This document shows, one piece after another, positions 35,912 to 48,915 of a DNA stretch of 64,000 nt (its first letter is position 1; each line of letters opens with the position of its first letter). The stretch lies in contig CM059432.1 in NCBI GenBank assembly GCA_030390025.1, positions 128,714,001 through 128,778,000 of the forward strand, given 5' to 3'. The stretch is from Squalus acanthias. Lineage: Eukaryota. The notes beneath the pieces are model-generated. The model was not told the origin of the DNA and ran no database searches. It worked only from the letters and a program-made list of their open reading frames with translations. Made by a program: the position numbers and the translations under genes.

Positions 35912-38654
35912 GCTTCCAGTTAGTGGTTAGAAAGCTCGCTGTGGCAATCAGGCGGTTACATTTTATGAGTAAACCAGTAAAAGCTGAGGCCTGACTTACC
36001 TGAGGCTCAGGCTCTGCCCCAACACCGATCTTCGGACTCCAGAGTTGTATAATTTTCCCACCAGAGGTGCCACGTAGCAGTGGCTAACACGCCTCAATCT
36101 CTGCAGGCTCCTCTCGGGCTGATTCTGACATGTGCCAACTTGGTTGAATTGGTGCTGGTGTAACCAGCTGTCCGACGGATGAATTGGTAGATGCTCTAAG
36201 AACGCACTGACTAAACTATTTTGAAATCAGACTCTCTGGCCATAAACCATATGGGTGAGAACCTTAGATGTGATCTGCGTGGTATGTAAGTACTATCTAA
36301 GGTCCCTATAGGAATAAAGCTAAATAAATCTATTTGTGTTATACCCTTAGACAGAAAAAGAGAATTATGATTGGTGACACAGTCGGCACATATTAGCAAA
36401 TCATTCTTTACTGGTTGACATCAGTGGGGAATAGTTTTTGATGGGCAATAAAACAGCAACAGCTTATGCAAAATGCCTTTAGTTTCAGTAATTCTAACAC
36501 ATCCTCTTTCATTTCTTAATCCTTTGGGGCAACACTATAGTGCTGAACAACCATGTCTATTTTACACTAAATATATCTAATACATTATGATTCTATATAT
36601 ATGCATAATTATACCTACTGTGAACCAAAATTGCTCTGATCAGATATTCACCTCTCTAGCATTAGCAACGAATCCAGAACTATGGGCGTAGTGGTAAATC
36701 ACTCCGGGATTTCTTCCATTCTCAGATGTCTGGTGATTTCAAGTAGAGAATCCTTCCAGTTTTAAAAGGTTGTTTCCCCAGCTCAAGTAATAATGAGGAA
36801 CTTTTCACTGCTGCTGATGTGCTCAAAAATGAAGGTTGGTGTCCAGTCACATGTTCGAGCATCTTGTGATCGTATCGGCAACCACAGTCCACCTCACCAC
36901 CACCCCTCCAACTACCCTCAACTTGGTCTGAAGATAAAGCATTCAGCCAATCAGAAAGCTTCACTGGATGCTTCCAGGTAAAAATGTCACAAATGCGTGC
37001 AATCAGATAAAGAGTGTTATTGATCTAATTTTAATCATGTTGTGTAAACCTCTACTTACAATTTAGCTGATTTCATATGTTTGATAATGAACCTTTGGGA
37101 GTAGATAGTGGGTGTGGAAAATAACTTTCAACGGTAGGTATGCTCATTAAAGAATAATTTAAAGCCCTTGATTACTTGAGTTTTACTTTATATAGGAAAG
37201 GTTTTCAATGGAAACAGAACAGAAAGTGAGAACGCCACCAATATAACTACTTTTAATATTCTAAACACTAATTTCTGCATTTTCCTTTGAAATTGCACTT
37301 GAAAAAAAAGCGCACGCAGAGTTGAAGGGAACGACATTCATCCAGGAGCTTAATGCAGCATTTATGTACAGATCGAGACCCCTGCTGTAATGTGGCACTT
37401 GGTCCCTGGCCTCGTTAGCACAAAACCTTCGAAATAATTATTTGTCCCAAAACTCTCACCATTCTTTGTTAGAATCTGTGGAAGGTGATGGGAGGAAGCC
37501 ATGGCTGTGGCTTGAAGCCTTTGTTACTGCTTTGTAAATTTTTCAGCCTTTTGTTGATATGAAATTGTTGAATGTGTAGCATAGGAATCCTTATGAAACA
37601 GGAAATTTTTACATCTGTACAGTGTTATTGGCCTCTAATACCACAATGATCTTCCACATCATGCACAAACATGTCTCCTCCCCCCATATAATCTATCACC
37701 ATTGTTCTCCTGCTTCTCCCCAATAAAGCTGGAAGTTTAATCATTCAGCCTGCATGCTTCGGATAGTTGAGCATTAGAGATTGAATGTGAACTGAAAATA
37801 GATTCATTATTTCCTTTATCTGTAGTCTTCTACTTCATTTATCATTTTAAAAAGCAAAGAGGGATACCTGCATGTGAATGATGGCCTTGTATGGGGCAGG
37901 CATTCTGAAATACCCTTTTTCTTCCAATTGAACCTTTTCTTATTACACTCTTGTGAGCAGGATGAATAGTTTCTCCTGAGAGCTAAGCCTCCCTGTGAAC
38001 AAGCAGAAAGATCACAGGGTCCATTTCTTAGCAATTATTCTGCTGAATAAATAAGAACTCCATGGCGTTTCACAAACATGCACCAAGAAGCCCGTTAAAG
38101 GGTTAACGCCTCATTTCCACTTGATAGAGCAGTAAATTTGAATAAATTCAACTAATCTCTCCATTCGATAGCTTAACTTGCCATGGGTGGTAAGTAGCAG
38201 TGGATCAGAGGTTTCATGCCATCTTTTAGCGGAAGCCGTTCCATAACTGATTCAGTCACAATGGGGGCAACTGTGCATGCGCATGCACGGTCACTCAGTA
38301 GCCTGGGAGGGTCCTTGCATGTCAGTCATGGCGAAAGAGCACAGCTGACTTATAACAAAGTCAACCTGTTCACAGCCAGAGTCATGACAGTACACCTACT
38401 GCAAATGCCTTTGGTGGGAGTTACCCCCATTTTGTTGTTGCTGGCACCCAACCGTGGGGTTTTGGTGCCTCTGATAGCATTGGCGCTACGTTGTCCACAT
38501 AGCATCCCACCAACAGCACCCTTGCTGCCAGACACCCCTGTATCGTAAAGGGGGCATAAGCATTAATGTCTTGATGGCGACTTAATGCGGTTTAGTGACT
38601 AACAGGCAGAAGTACCTTTACACCTGCAGCAGCAACAATGATGTGTATTTATTA

Positions 38655-38810
38655 ACATAAGAACATAAGAATTAGGAGCAGGAGTAGGCCATACGGCCCC
38701 TCGAGCCTGCTCCGCCATTCAATAAGATCATGGCTGATCATCGACCTCAACTCCACTTTCCCGCCCGATCTCCATATCCCTTGATTCCCCTAGAGTCCGA
38801 AAATCTATCT
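38655..38810 (-). mobile_element. CR1 3' end nested in a decayed L2 tail (~38630-38890)
   Basis: (ACATAAGA)n tail, CCTGCTCCGCCATTCAATAAGATCATGGCTGATC; flanks read TGTATTTAT...GTGCCTTTAACATAGAAAA. Confidence 0.85.
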
Positions 38811-39575
38811 AGTTATGTGGTGCCTTTAACATAGAAAAACATCTGAAAGTGCTTCACAGAGGTGTAATCAAAGGAAAATGGATGTAAAGTCTTTAAAAGT
38901 TGGAATATCTGTTTTCTGAAAAAATAAAAACAGTGTTATCCAGAAATTATTTCACCCTTTCACGATCATTTTTTGTTTAAAAGTTATTTCTGATCCCTTC
39001 CCTCCATTCACTGTCTGCATTCAAACATGAAGAATGGTCACTGATATGAGATACTAAATGACTGTTGACACCCATGGATCCATGGCCTAGAAATTGGGCT
39101 ACTTACTGCCACCCGTTACCGGCAGAATCCTGAAAAAAATGGCGGTTGCCGCTCATCCTCCCGCCTCTGGCGTGGGACTCGGCGGCCACCATTTTGGTGA
39201 GGGCCATAGTGCTGCCGTTAGCAGCGCTGGCCCTGGACATGCAAATCTGGAGAGCGTGACGTCAGCCGTCGTGCAACGCCGACTGGAAGCCTCTCTGAGA
39301 ACTTGGACCTTTGCACTGAGTTTAGCACTCAGTTGTAAGCTCGATCTGAAAAGTAAGCGTGCAAGCAGACTGACAGGGATGCTGTCAGCACCTCTTAAAG
39401 GGACACACACATCTTTCAGGTAAATTTGCTTTGAAGCTTTTGGACTGAATTTTTAATATTTTATTGAAGTAGTGGCTTGGTGCAATACATGTTAAAAGTT
39501 GTTAAAGTGTGCAAGGAGTGCAGGGTGTGCTGCTGGACACCGGCAAGGTCTCGGATGGTAAAGGAAGGCCTCTGA

Positions 39576-39710
39576 GAAGACAGAAAATGCAGCAGGTCAG
39601 GCACCATCTGTGGAGAGAGAAACAGAGTCCACATCTCAGGTTGAGATACTGTCTGAACTGCTGAGTATTTCCAGCAATTTCTGCTTTTATTTCAGATTTC
39701 CAGCATCCGC
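39576..39710. mobile_element. Decayed inverted Penelope-like remnant (second family) inside the Harbinger element
   Basis: CAGAAAATGC..AGCAGGTCAGGCACCATCTGTGGAGAGAGAAACAGAG, then inverted CTGCTGAGTATTTCCAGCAATTTCTG and tail TTCAGATTTCCAGCATCCGC. Confidence 0.6.
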
Positions 39711-39711
39711 T

Positions 39712-39858
39712 CGCCGAGAGAAGAGGAAGATGCAGAAGAGGAAGATGCAGAAGAGGAAGATGCTGAAGAGGAGGAAGCAGAAGAGAAGGATGCAACCCAG
39801 ACAGCCTCTTTCTGGCCGGGATATCCAGGATGGAATCATCCGCCTGCGGTACCAGTGA
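39712..39858 (+). pseudogene. Harbinger transposase acidic C-terminal remnant
   Basis: EEEDAEEEDAEEEDAEEEEAEE followed (frameshifted) by GRDIQDGIIRLRYQ*, parallel to EEEEEDE...ARDALIHARFV* at 63660-63778. Confidence 0.6.
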
Positions 39859-40039
39859 CCACAACCCCAATTCCCCTTTCAACATTTGTCCCACACCTTA
39901 CCTTCCCTCTGTTACTGACCATCACAGCGTCCTCTTGGCCACAATACTGAAATAAAAAGCACCACAAAGCAAACTTTCCAACCCAACTGTAAACATCTAT
40001 CCATCCAATATGACATCAATAAATCAACTCATCACCCTT

Positions 40040-40859
40040 ATGCATTCCCTTAGTGACTGTCTTGTGTGTGCCTTTGCCTATCCTACTCATGTCACGTAGT
40101 GCTACCTCAGTGGCTGCAGCATGGCTGGTGGAAGGCTGCTGACTTTCAGTGGGGGTCACTGCAGATGGACTTGCCGGTCGACCTTGAGGAGCTGGTGGCT
40201 GGGAGTGTGAAATCGAGTGACTGTGTTTCTTCTTCTTCTTCTTCTTCACTCTCCTCTCCCTCTTCTTGGCCAACCACTGGCTGGGCAGGCTACATTTCTT
40301 GGGTTTGTGAAATGAGGAAGGGTGGAGTTGTGGTGGGGGAGGGTCGGAAAGCAAGAGGGACATGTGAGAAGGAGGATAAAGTATGAGGATACCAGCTTCT
40401 TGTATCCTTTCAGACCCTTCACTGGCCAATGGCTCAGCCATGCCCCTGACAATAATGGCCAGCACCATCTCCTCCAAAGAGGTGAGGTGAAGCTAGGAAT
40501 GGGAGATGTGCCTCGTGTTTGGTACAGATTGTTGGTAGGCGAGCAATTGGGGGGGTGTTGTGCATTGAGCAGTGTGTGAGGCTAGTGGTGCAGTTGGTAG
40601 GGGACAGCTTTTGAAGATGCATTCAATGACCTTGACTACTGGTCTGAGGTCATGAAGCTTCTTTGGGCACTGGAGCCTGGTCATGGGGCTGACACTGCTG
40701 GCAGTGATGGCCTTGGTGATCTGGTCCCACATCCTTCTTTATGGAGGACCTTCTGGCCCTTGTGGGTAGAGGACCTCTCTTGGAGTGTTGACTCCCTGCA
40801 CAAAGCTGGAGTGCTGCGTGCGAGACCCTGGGTGCCCCTTCCCTGGCTTGCTGAGCCAT
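40040..40859 (-). pseudogene. Decayed Harbinger Myb/SANT-like gene (multi-exon)
   Basis: MAQQAREGAPRVSHAAL...MWDQITKAITASSVSPMTRLQCPKKLHDLRPVVKV (Myb/SANT-like), later exon-like pieces (EEMVLAII..GMAEPLA) and an acidic stretch. Confidence 0.75.
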
Positions 40860-41479
40860 TTGTGTTAGTGCTGAAGCACTTTTACCATTTTTTTAGGTAC
40901 GGAAGGCAATTCAGCTTTAAGAGCTGAAGACTCCCATTTGGGAATTCTTTTTAATATTTATTTTTTTCAGAAGGCAGTTGAGCCCTAAGGGTGAAAAACT
41001 GCCTATTTTTAAATAATTTTTTTTTCTTCATTTTAGAAGGCAGTTCCCCTTAAGGGACTGACAGTGCTTTCTGAAATGATAGCCTTGCTTTAAGGGAAAG
41101 CTGTTCTTGTTCCAATGACGCTATGGCCAGGCTATATTGGGGCCTCCTGTTGAGACTACCGCCCGAAAACCGGCCTTGGACAGTAAGTTTTGGGCTGCAC
41201 TTTTGTTAATTAGCAAGCAGCACCAATATACCGGTGCTGCCAGCGCTATTAATTTCGGCGGCCATTAACTGCGGCCCGCGGTGGCACCGGCAGGTTTCCA
41301 GCACCCTGGAATTTCTAGGCCCATATTTCAGCATTAGTCAGAGGCTTCAATTAATGACTGGAGAAAATTGGGGAAGAAAAATGTTAAAAAAAAGTTCTTT
41401 GCACTTTTATTGTCATCAACCCCATTGACTGATGGTTCTGTTTCAAACTGGTACAATTGGAGCTCATGTAATGGTAAAG

Positions 41480-41880
41480 GTTAACTGCCATGGAAGCCAG
41501 CTAACTGGGATGCTTGGGTGGAAATGGATCAGGACCCTTCATATTGAGTTAAACATGTCGGCAATCAATTGCCTGATCTTAGCTGGGGCAGCAGTAGGGG
41601 CACTAAAATTTGTCTCAGCAGCACTGAGTTAGACAGGAGAAAATCGGCCAGGATTCCTGTTCCTGATGACTATCCAGCAACCTCTGCTGTAAGGGCATGC
41701 GTTGGGCGTCAGGCAAGGGCAGGAGTGGGCCCCAACAGTTGGATGGCCTGCTAAGACTTACTGACAAGGTTCATTCATGAATAATGGTCACTTGGGCAAA
41801 GTAACAGAGGGTTGCTGACAATGTTAGAACCTAACCTGAGCAAATAGTTAATGCTTTCAGAGGAAGGGGAATGAGGTGAA
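41480..41880 (+). mobile_element. Possible old SINE-like repeat (unclassified)
   Basis: Resembles a dispersed repeat I recall from shark genomes (GGCCAGGATTCCTGTTCCTGAT..TATCCAG, AATGGTCACTTGGGC); single copy here and unverified. Confidence 0.3.
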
Positions 41881-42665
41881 AATTGATAGAGAAAAGTGGG
41901 TGAGAGAAAAAAAATTCAATTGGTATTTCAGACAGTGTTTTCATTATCTATGAAGTAAAGCTTCCTTATTTAACTTCACTTGTCACTTGTCAAAATAGCT
42001 GTTTCAACTTGAGCCAGAAGAAAGAATTCCCAAAAGGCAAAAAAATACACTTTGGATATGTATGTATAGATTAGGAGGGGCAAGGCTGTTATAGCATCAG
42101 AGAGGCTCAGAGAGAAGCAGTGAACCGATTAGTGGTGCAGGGTAAAGGTTGCTTTGCTTTTCAACTCAACCAAACATGAAAAGTAACATGCTTCCCGAGC
42201 AGCTGGTGAGAGAGCTTTTCTGTCCCCTGAGAAAGTTCCCCATATAAAGAAGTCTCCTTATTAACTGCTTTCACGCAATTGTAAATAACACCTTACTGAA
42301 CTTCGCAGTCGCTCGTGAAGGGACGCTAACTCTGGTATTACTGCACAACAGTATATATTGCATATGCATATTGTTAATTGAATGCTAGAAGGCCCTCTGA
42401 TAGGATCAAGCAGACTGGAGCATCTACACTCCAGGGTCTCATCTCATAATGAATATCATATCCAGAGAGTATGTTCCAGAGAGTCTGAAATAAAAGCAGC
42501 CATTACATTACCGCACCAATTTGAGTGTTTATCGGATGTAACACACCATGTCATGAAGAACTTTGTATTTCCAAGAACTAATTCCTCTTGGCTCAAGTAT
42601 GATTGTTACTGGTAACGTTGGTGCTCTGGCAGCCTGTTTAATATTAAAGATGATTGAATAATAAC

Positions 42666-43335
42666 TAAGACCGCCTATTTCCATCTCCGTAACATCGCCC
42701 GTCTCCGCCCCTGCCTTAGCTCATCTGCTGCTGAAACCCTCAACCATGCCTTTGTTACTTCTAGACTTGACTATTCCAATGCTCTCCTGGCTGGCCTCCC
42801 ACGTTCTACCCTATGTAAACTTGAGGTCATCCAAAACCCGTGTCCTAGCTCGCACCAAGTCACGTTCACCCATCACCCCTGTGCTCGCTGACCTACATTG
42901 GCTCCCGGTTAAGCAACGCCTCGATTTCAAAATTCTCATCCTTATTTTCAAATCCCTCCATGGCCTCGCCTCCCTATCTCTGTAATCTCCTCCAGCCCCA
43001 CAACCCTCTGAGATATCGGTGCTCCTCTAATTCTGCCTTCTTGAGCATCCCTGATTATAATCGCTCAACCATTGGTGGCCGTGCCTTCTGTTGCCTAGGC
43101 CCTAAGCTCTGGAATTCCTGCCTAAAGCTCTCTGCCTCTCTACTTCTCTTTCCTCCTTTAAGACGCTCCTTAAAACCTACCTCTTTGAACAAGCTTTTGG
43201 TCATCTGCCCTAATTTATCCTTATGTGGCTCGGTGTCAAATTTTTTGTCTTATAATACTCCTGTGCAGCGCCTTGGGACGTTTTACTACGTTAAAGGTGC
43301 TACATAAATACAGGTTGTTGTTGTTGTTGTTGTTG
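42666..43335 (+). mobile_element. L2 LINE 3' fragment
   Basis: KTAYFHLRNIARLRPCL...ITPVLADLHWLPVKQRLDFKI...GRAF; (GTT)n tail. Confidence 0.92.
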
Positions 43336-45508
43336 AATAGATTGTGATTTTTATGATCAACATATATTACCATAGTGACCGTTGTATCGCCGTGTTTAAT
43401 GTACCTTGGTTCCATTTTGGTTCCACTCTGTTTAATTGGATCATCTTATTTGATATTTTCAGATTCCAAGATTGACAGGTTCAAAAGCAGAAACTGTTAA
43501 TATTTCTTGCTAATTAATAGACACATGGAGGAATTTCTTTAAAGGTACTTGCTGCTCAGCGTTGTTAAAAATCAGTATAGAAAATAATTAGAATTATGGG
43601 ATCATCTATTGGAGTCCATGGATTTTAGGTTTTATCAGACTGTCCCAATTAGCAGGTTTTAATTATACAGGCAAGGCCACTCTGTCAGCAGCAACATCAT
43701 CACATGCTGGAAGCTTGTCAACGGAAATGTTTGGCTTGCAAACAAAATTCCTGACAACAAAAGGTTATTAAACAGATTCATACAGGAGGTGGTCCAGCCA
43801 CCCCATTGCAAGTGGTTCAGAAGCATCATAAAAATACTGAAGTGAGTGGAGACTGAGAGTTTCTTATCAGTTTTAAAAAACAGTCCATGAAAGGTCACAA
43901 CCTATCTTACCACGGGTCAGTGCACTGCCAGGGGTGCAGATCAGTTTAGTAACAACACACTGACTGGGAGGGATCCTTTATCCAAGGGTCTCCTACTTCC
44001 TTTTCTTGGAATCTCTAACCACGGTGGTCAGGAAGGGAGGCCTGTGGTTAGCAAGTAAAAGCGAACTTCCTTGAATCTCTCCATGCACCTTGAGCTCTGT
44101 GGTCGGAGCTGCAAGCTTGCTGATATGATCCTTGGAAGGGCAAGGCTTCCATCAGCATTTCTTCATAGTGTGGTGATAGACAAAACAGTGGCTCTTCTTA
44201 TCTGTGTCAGCTCCACAGCTCTGAAAGCACTTTCGCGATACACTTCTTAACACATTTAGCTAAAATACGGAAAGCCATTTTGCCAACTGCGGGCAGGAAG
44301 TGTGGGAGTGGCAAAATTTCAGTGAACCACATGTGCACGAATTAGTAGATGAAAATCTTCTATTAGAAATCAAAAGGGTCACATTGGCGCAGTGGTGGAT
44401 GTCTTCTGAAGTTGGACTGAGGTACATTATCAAAGACATATATGGGGAAGGGCATTTTGAACTGTATTTGACCCTTGCTGCACCTACACCAAATACACAC
44501 TTGGTCAAAGCACTTTTTTACACTTATACTTATTTAGTTTGGATCCCAAGTGAGTGAAAGTGGGGGGGGGGGGAGGGGGAGGGGGTGGTAAAAGGCTTTC
44601 TAACTTAGACCAGTTCCCTGTGCTTATGTTGCCACAATACTGTGGTCTAAGATTCTGCCATTGAGGTAAAGGAATCTCTTTTAGCAAAGTAAGCACAGCA
44701 AAGGGGCATGGAAACATTGCCCTCCCACATCTCAAACTAAACAAGTGCTAATGTAAAAGTGTCGTAAATTGCTCAAGTTCTTAGATTGACAAATTAAAAA
44801 AAAACACATACTGCATGTACATGCACATGATCTGCAATTATCTTATACTTTAAACATTTCATAGAATCAAAAAACTCTCAGACCATTCAGATAAACAAAT
44901 TTGAAGTGGGAATGAGGCCAAAAAAATTGACAGTGAACAGTTAAAGGTCTAATTTAAAAAAAACCTTCAATCAATATTTAGATTTGGATAACAATATACT
45001 ATCTACATTTGCCTTTAGCTTTGCAGTATTGCATCATGTGTGATATTAATATTGTGTATGCAAGATGTAGTTCAATATCTTAGCAAATACCAAAATGAAA
45101 GCAAAAATTTAAAACTAGTTGGGGCTAGACTCTCAAACACAATGGAAAAGTAGAAAGGTTAACACCTCTATACATGTGTTGTATAGGGGGTCCACCCAGT
45201 GTGGAGTGAAACATGATTTGTATCTAATATTTGGATAAAATGTGCACTGTTTTATGAGTTCTTGATGTCCCTGCAACCGCACAGCAACCATTGTGAGTTA
45301 ATAAATGGGTCAGCACTGTGCACTGCTGAAGTCAGTGGTGTTTGTTACTGACTGCAGATATGAAAACTCACAAAGGAAATATCACCACACGCTGTAACAT
45401 AACTCGCCTGAATTGAAGTTCAGCTTTCCCAATCACAGCCCTAAGTTAAAGTGGCTGTGTCATCTTGCAAAAAGATGCTTGCAAACTGAGAAGCTGCTTT
45501 AACTAAGA

Positions 45509-45930
45509 ATCAGCCGTGGCTCAATGGCAGCACCTCTGAGTCAGAAGGTCATGGGTTCAACTACCTCTCCAGAGACTTGATCACAAAATCTAGGCTGACA
45601 CTTCACTGCAGCACTGAGGGAGCGCTGCACTGTCGGAGACGCCGTCTTTCGGATGAGATGTTAAACTGAGGCCCCGTCTGCTCTCTCAGGTGGATGTAAA
45701 AGATCCAATGGCACTATTTCGAAGAAGAGCAGGGGAGTTCTCCTGGTGTCCTGGGCAATATTTGTCCCTCAACAGATTACCTGGTCATTATCTCATTGCT
45801 GTTTGTGGGACTTGCTGTGTGCAAATTGGCTGCTACATTACACTTCAAAAGTATTGAATTGGTTGCGGAGCACTTTGGCACATCCTGAGGTTGTGAAAGG
45901 CACTATAGAAATTCAAGTCCATTCCTTTAT
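45509..45930 (+). mobile_element. tRNA-headed SINE with L2-like tail (SacSINE1/DeuSINE-like)
   Basis: TCAGCCGTGGCTCA...CTCTGAGTCAGAAGGTCATGGGTTCAA; central GGCACTATTTCGAAGAAGAGCAGGGGAGTTCTCC; tail CCTGAGGTTGTGAAAGGC. Confidence 0.85.
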
Positions 45931-46019
45931 TTAATTTTCAAAATCTGAGAGGAAAAAAATATTCTTGTCGTTATGTATAGTGAAATCACACTCTGAAATT
46001 ACACTCTGGATACGACTGA

Positions 46020-46130
46020 ATGAACGGGATATGGAGCTAAGGTGGATAAATGAGGTACAGATCAGCCATGATCTAATTTAATGGTGGAGCAGGCCCGAGG
46101 GGCTGAATGGCCTCCTCCTGTTCCTATGTC
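46020..46130 (+). mobile_element. CR1 extreme 3' end
   Basis: GGGATATGG..CAGATCAGCCATGATCTAAT..GGGGCTGAATGGCCTCCTCCTGTTCCTATG. Confidence 0.75.
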
Positions 46131-47137
46131 CCTGACCCTTAACACGTTTGTTTGAAATTGCTCTTCCTTATTTTAGAGGAGGCTTTGACTGATTTATTTG
46201 AACCTGGTTAACACCTCCAATAAAACAGTGGAGCGAGGAATTTCAGATGTATGTGTAAAACGTTCATACTGTCGTATCTCACAATGTGATTTTAGGGCTA
46301 TTCTATTTTAATGGATTTACAACATTTCAGCCAGAGCAGTTCTTCCCCTCCATTCCTGCTGATTCTTCAAACACAGTTGTCAAACTCTGCAAAGTAGAAC
46401 TTCCGCGAGGGGTCCTCCCAGTCGTCCACCATTACTCTGTGGTTTCTGCAGATCTTACGTCAAAGTTACGTCAGACAATCGGGAGAACCCCCACAGAATC
46501 TAACCATGTATATATTTATCACATTAATGGGCTGTTGATTTGTGCTCATCTTAGATTATGAAGTGCTTCACAATGTTGCTAGCTCTTAACCTGCTGTATA
46601 ATAAAGAAGTGTGCAGGAGGCATGAAAAAGCTTACAATTATGAAATTTTAAATACTTGCTACTTATAACTCATTGCCTTAGGTGCTTCTGCATGACTTAT
46701 CTTCCCAGAGACCATTTCCTTCGGTCCTGAGTGGCAACCGGTTCCCGCCCCAATTCCTGCTCCCGCCCATCGGCCGTGGCGTCACTCCCGCCGGTTTCAG
46801 GCAGGAGACGGAGCTGAACTATTTAAGTGAGGCCCGGGAGTAAAGGTAGCCCAGGCCTTACGCCGAGGGGTTTTCCCTCATGCACCTCACCCCGCCCTGC
46901 CCCAAATGTGCCCGAGTTAAAATCGCGGACACCTCATTATAACTTGAATCTGCTCCTTGTGCATTTTCCACAAGTGGAAGGTTGCAGTGAATGGCAGGGA
47001 GTGGAGAATCCTGATAGCAGCAGCTTTTTAAGGTCTAGTGACTCCATTTGAACACAGCCATTTACTTTTGCTGCAATGAAGAAGGCTGGTCAGCAAGATA
47101 ATGTGGTGAGAACTAGCCTCTTTGGTTGTTCTGCTGG

Positions 47138-47594
47138 AAAGAAAGAAAGTAATTGCATTTATATAGCGCCTTTCACAACCACCAGACATCCCAAAGTGCT
47201 TTACAGCCAATGAAGTATAGGCACTGTAGGAAACATGGCAACCAATGTTGCACACAGCAAGATCCCACAAACAGCAATGTGATGACAACCAGATAATCTG
47301 CTTTTGTTATGTTGATTGAGGGATAAACATTGGCCAGGACACCAGGGATAACTCACCTGCTCTTCTTTGAAATAGTGCCATGGGATCTATTTACATCCAC
47401 CTGAGAAAGCAGACAGGGCCTCGGTTTAACATCTCATCTGAAAGACTGCACCTCCAACAGAGCAGCATTCCCTCAGCACTGCACTCGAGTGTCAGCCTAG
47501 AATTATTGCGCTCAAGTCCCTGGAGTGGGACTTGAACCCACAACCTTCTGACTCAGAGGCTGAGGGTGCTACCAACTGAGCCACTGGCTGACAC
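47138..47594 (-). mobile_element. tRNA-headed SINE with L2-like tail (SacSINE1/DeuSINE-like)
   Basis: Collinear with 26185-26626; (TTTC)n tail. Confidence 0.87.
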
Positions 47595-48254
47595 AAGGCG
47601 GTGCAACAGACAAGGGGTTGCATAGTTGGGGCTGAGAGGAACCTTCCTTTGTGTCACAATGTGCAGCAAGCATGGCAGGAGATGGCTGAGTGAAATGCTG
47701 TCTCCTGTGTCCATAGCTCACGGGAGCAGAATGAATAGTGCCCGCAGTTTAACACCTCAAATTAAGTCAATGCCGATAGTGTGCATGCCACAGGCACTGT
47801 GCCCTGAACATGGTGCAGTATCGGCAATGAAGCATGGAACGCACTGGCACAACCTCTCACATCTTTTGCACCTGCACTGCCTCGAGCTTGAACTGTGGGG
47901 CTGACACTTAAAAATGCTCCGAGTGTTACACAAAACTGTTGCCAATTGTGCCAACAAGGCTTCAAACTGCTCCACCTGGGCGTCTGGCTGCCTGGCTATG
48001 CCCCTCTGGATGGTGAAATTGTGCACTATACAGCAAGCGCAGATTATTTACAACACTGTCAGCATCCCCTGCCCACCTGCCCCGCTCCCCACCCCCACCC
48101 CAAATTGTGTAAAGAGCTGAATCTCTGCTTCAGCATGACGGTTGTATACACCATCAGAATTCCGGTGGCGGTGTTAGTTCGATCTGTGTTCTGCATCTCT
48201 TTGTGGGGGGTGCTTCTCAACCCCAGAAGCATCATCCATTTTACATGGGTGAGC

Positions 48255-48915
48255 AGCAATAACAACTTGTATTTATATAGCGTCTTTAACATAGTAAAAC
48301 GTCCTAAGGCGCTTCACAGGAGTATTATAAGACAAAAATTTGACACCGAGCCATGTAAGAAGAAATTAGGGCAGGTGACCAAAAAGCTTGGTCAAAGAGG
48401 TAGGCTTTAAGGAGCGTCTTAAAGGAGGAAAGAGAGGTAGCGAGGCAGAGAGGTTTAGGGAGGGAATTCCAGAGGTTAGGGCCTAGGCAGCTGAAGGCAC
48501 GGCCACCAATGGTTGAGCGATTATAATCAGGGATGCTCAAGAGGGCAGAATTAGAGGAGCGCAGATATCTCAGGGGGGTTGTGGGGCTGGTGGAGATTAC
48601 AGAGATAGGAGGAGCGAGGCCATGGAGGGATTTGAAAACAAGGATGAGAATTTTGAAATCGAGCGTTGCTTAACTGGGAGCCAATGGAGATCAGCGAGCA
48701 CAGGGGTGATGGGGGTGAACGGGACTTGGTGCGAGTTAGGACACGGGCAGCCGAGTTTTGGATGCCCTCAAGTTTACGTAGGGTAGAACGTGGAAGGCCA
48801 GCCAGGAGTGCATTGGAATAGTCAAGCCTAGAGGTAACAAAGGCATGGATGAGGGTTTTAGCAGCGGATGAGCTGAGGCAGGGGCGGAGACGGGCGAAGT
48901 TACGGAGGTGGCAGC
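48255..48915 (-). mobile_element. L2 LINE 3' fragment
   Basis: HLRNFARLRPCLSSSAAKTLIHAFVTSRLDYSNALLAGLP...IQNSAARVL. Confidence 0.92.

Larger units (their letters stand above)
39084..41321. mobile_element. Internally deleted PIF/Harbinger element with both ends (2238 bp)
   Basis: Perfect 12-bp TIR GGCCTAGAAATT / AATTTCTAGGCC; TSD CAT (39081-39083, 41322-41324); transposase C-terminal remnant on + and Myb gene on -. Confidence 0.85.

Noticed and set aside
36000..36195. Minus-strand exon-like segment ending CAG|GTAAGT
   Set aside because: Strong donor but weak acceptor, asymmetric phase and unrecognised peptide.
38216..38548. 110-aa ORF with coding-like composition
   Set aside because: No recognisable homology or convincing splice sites in any frame.
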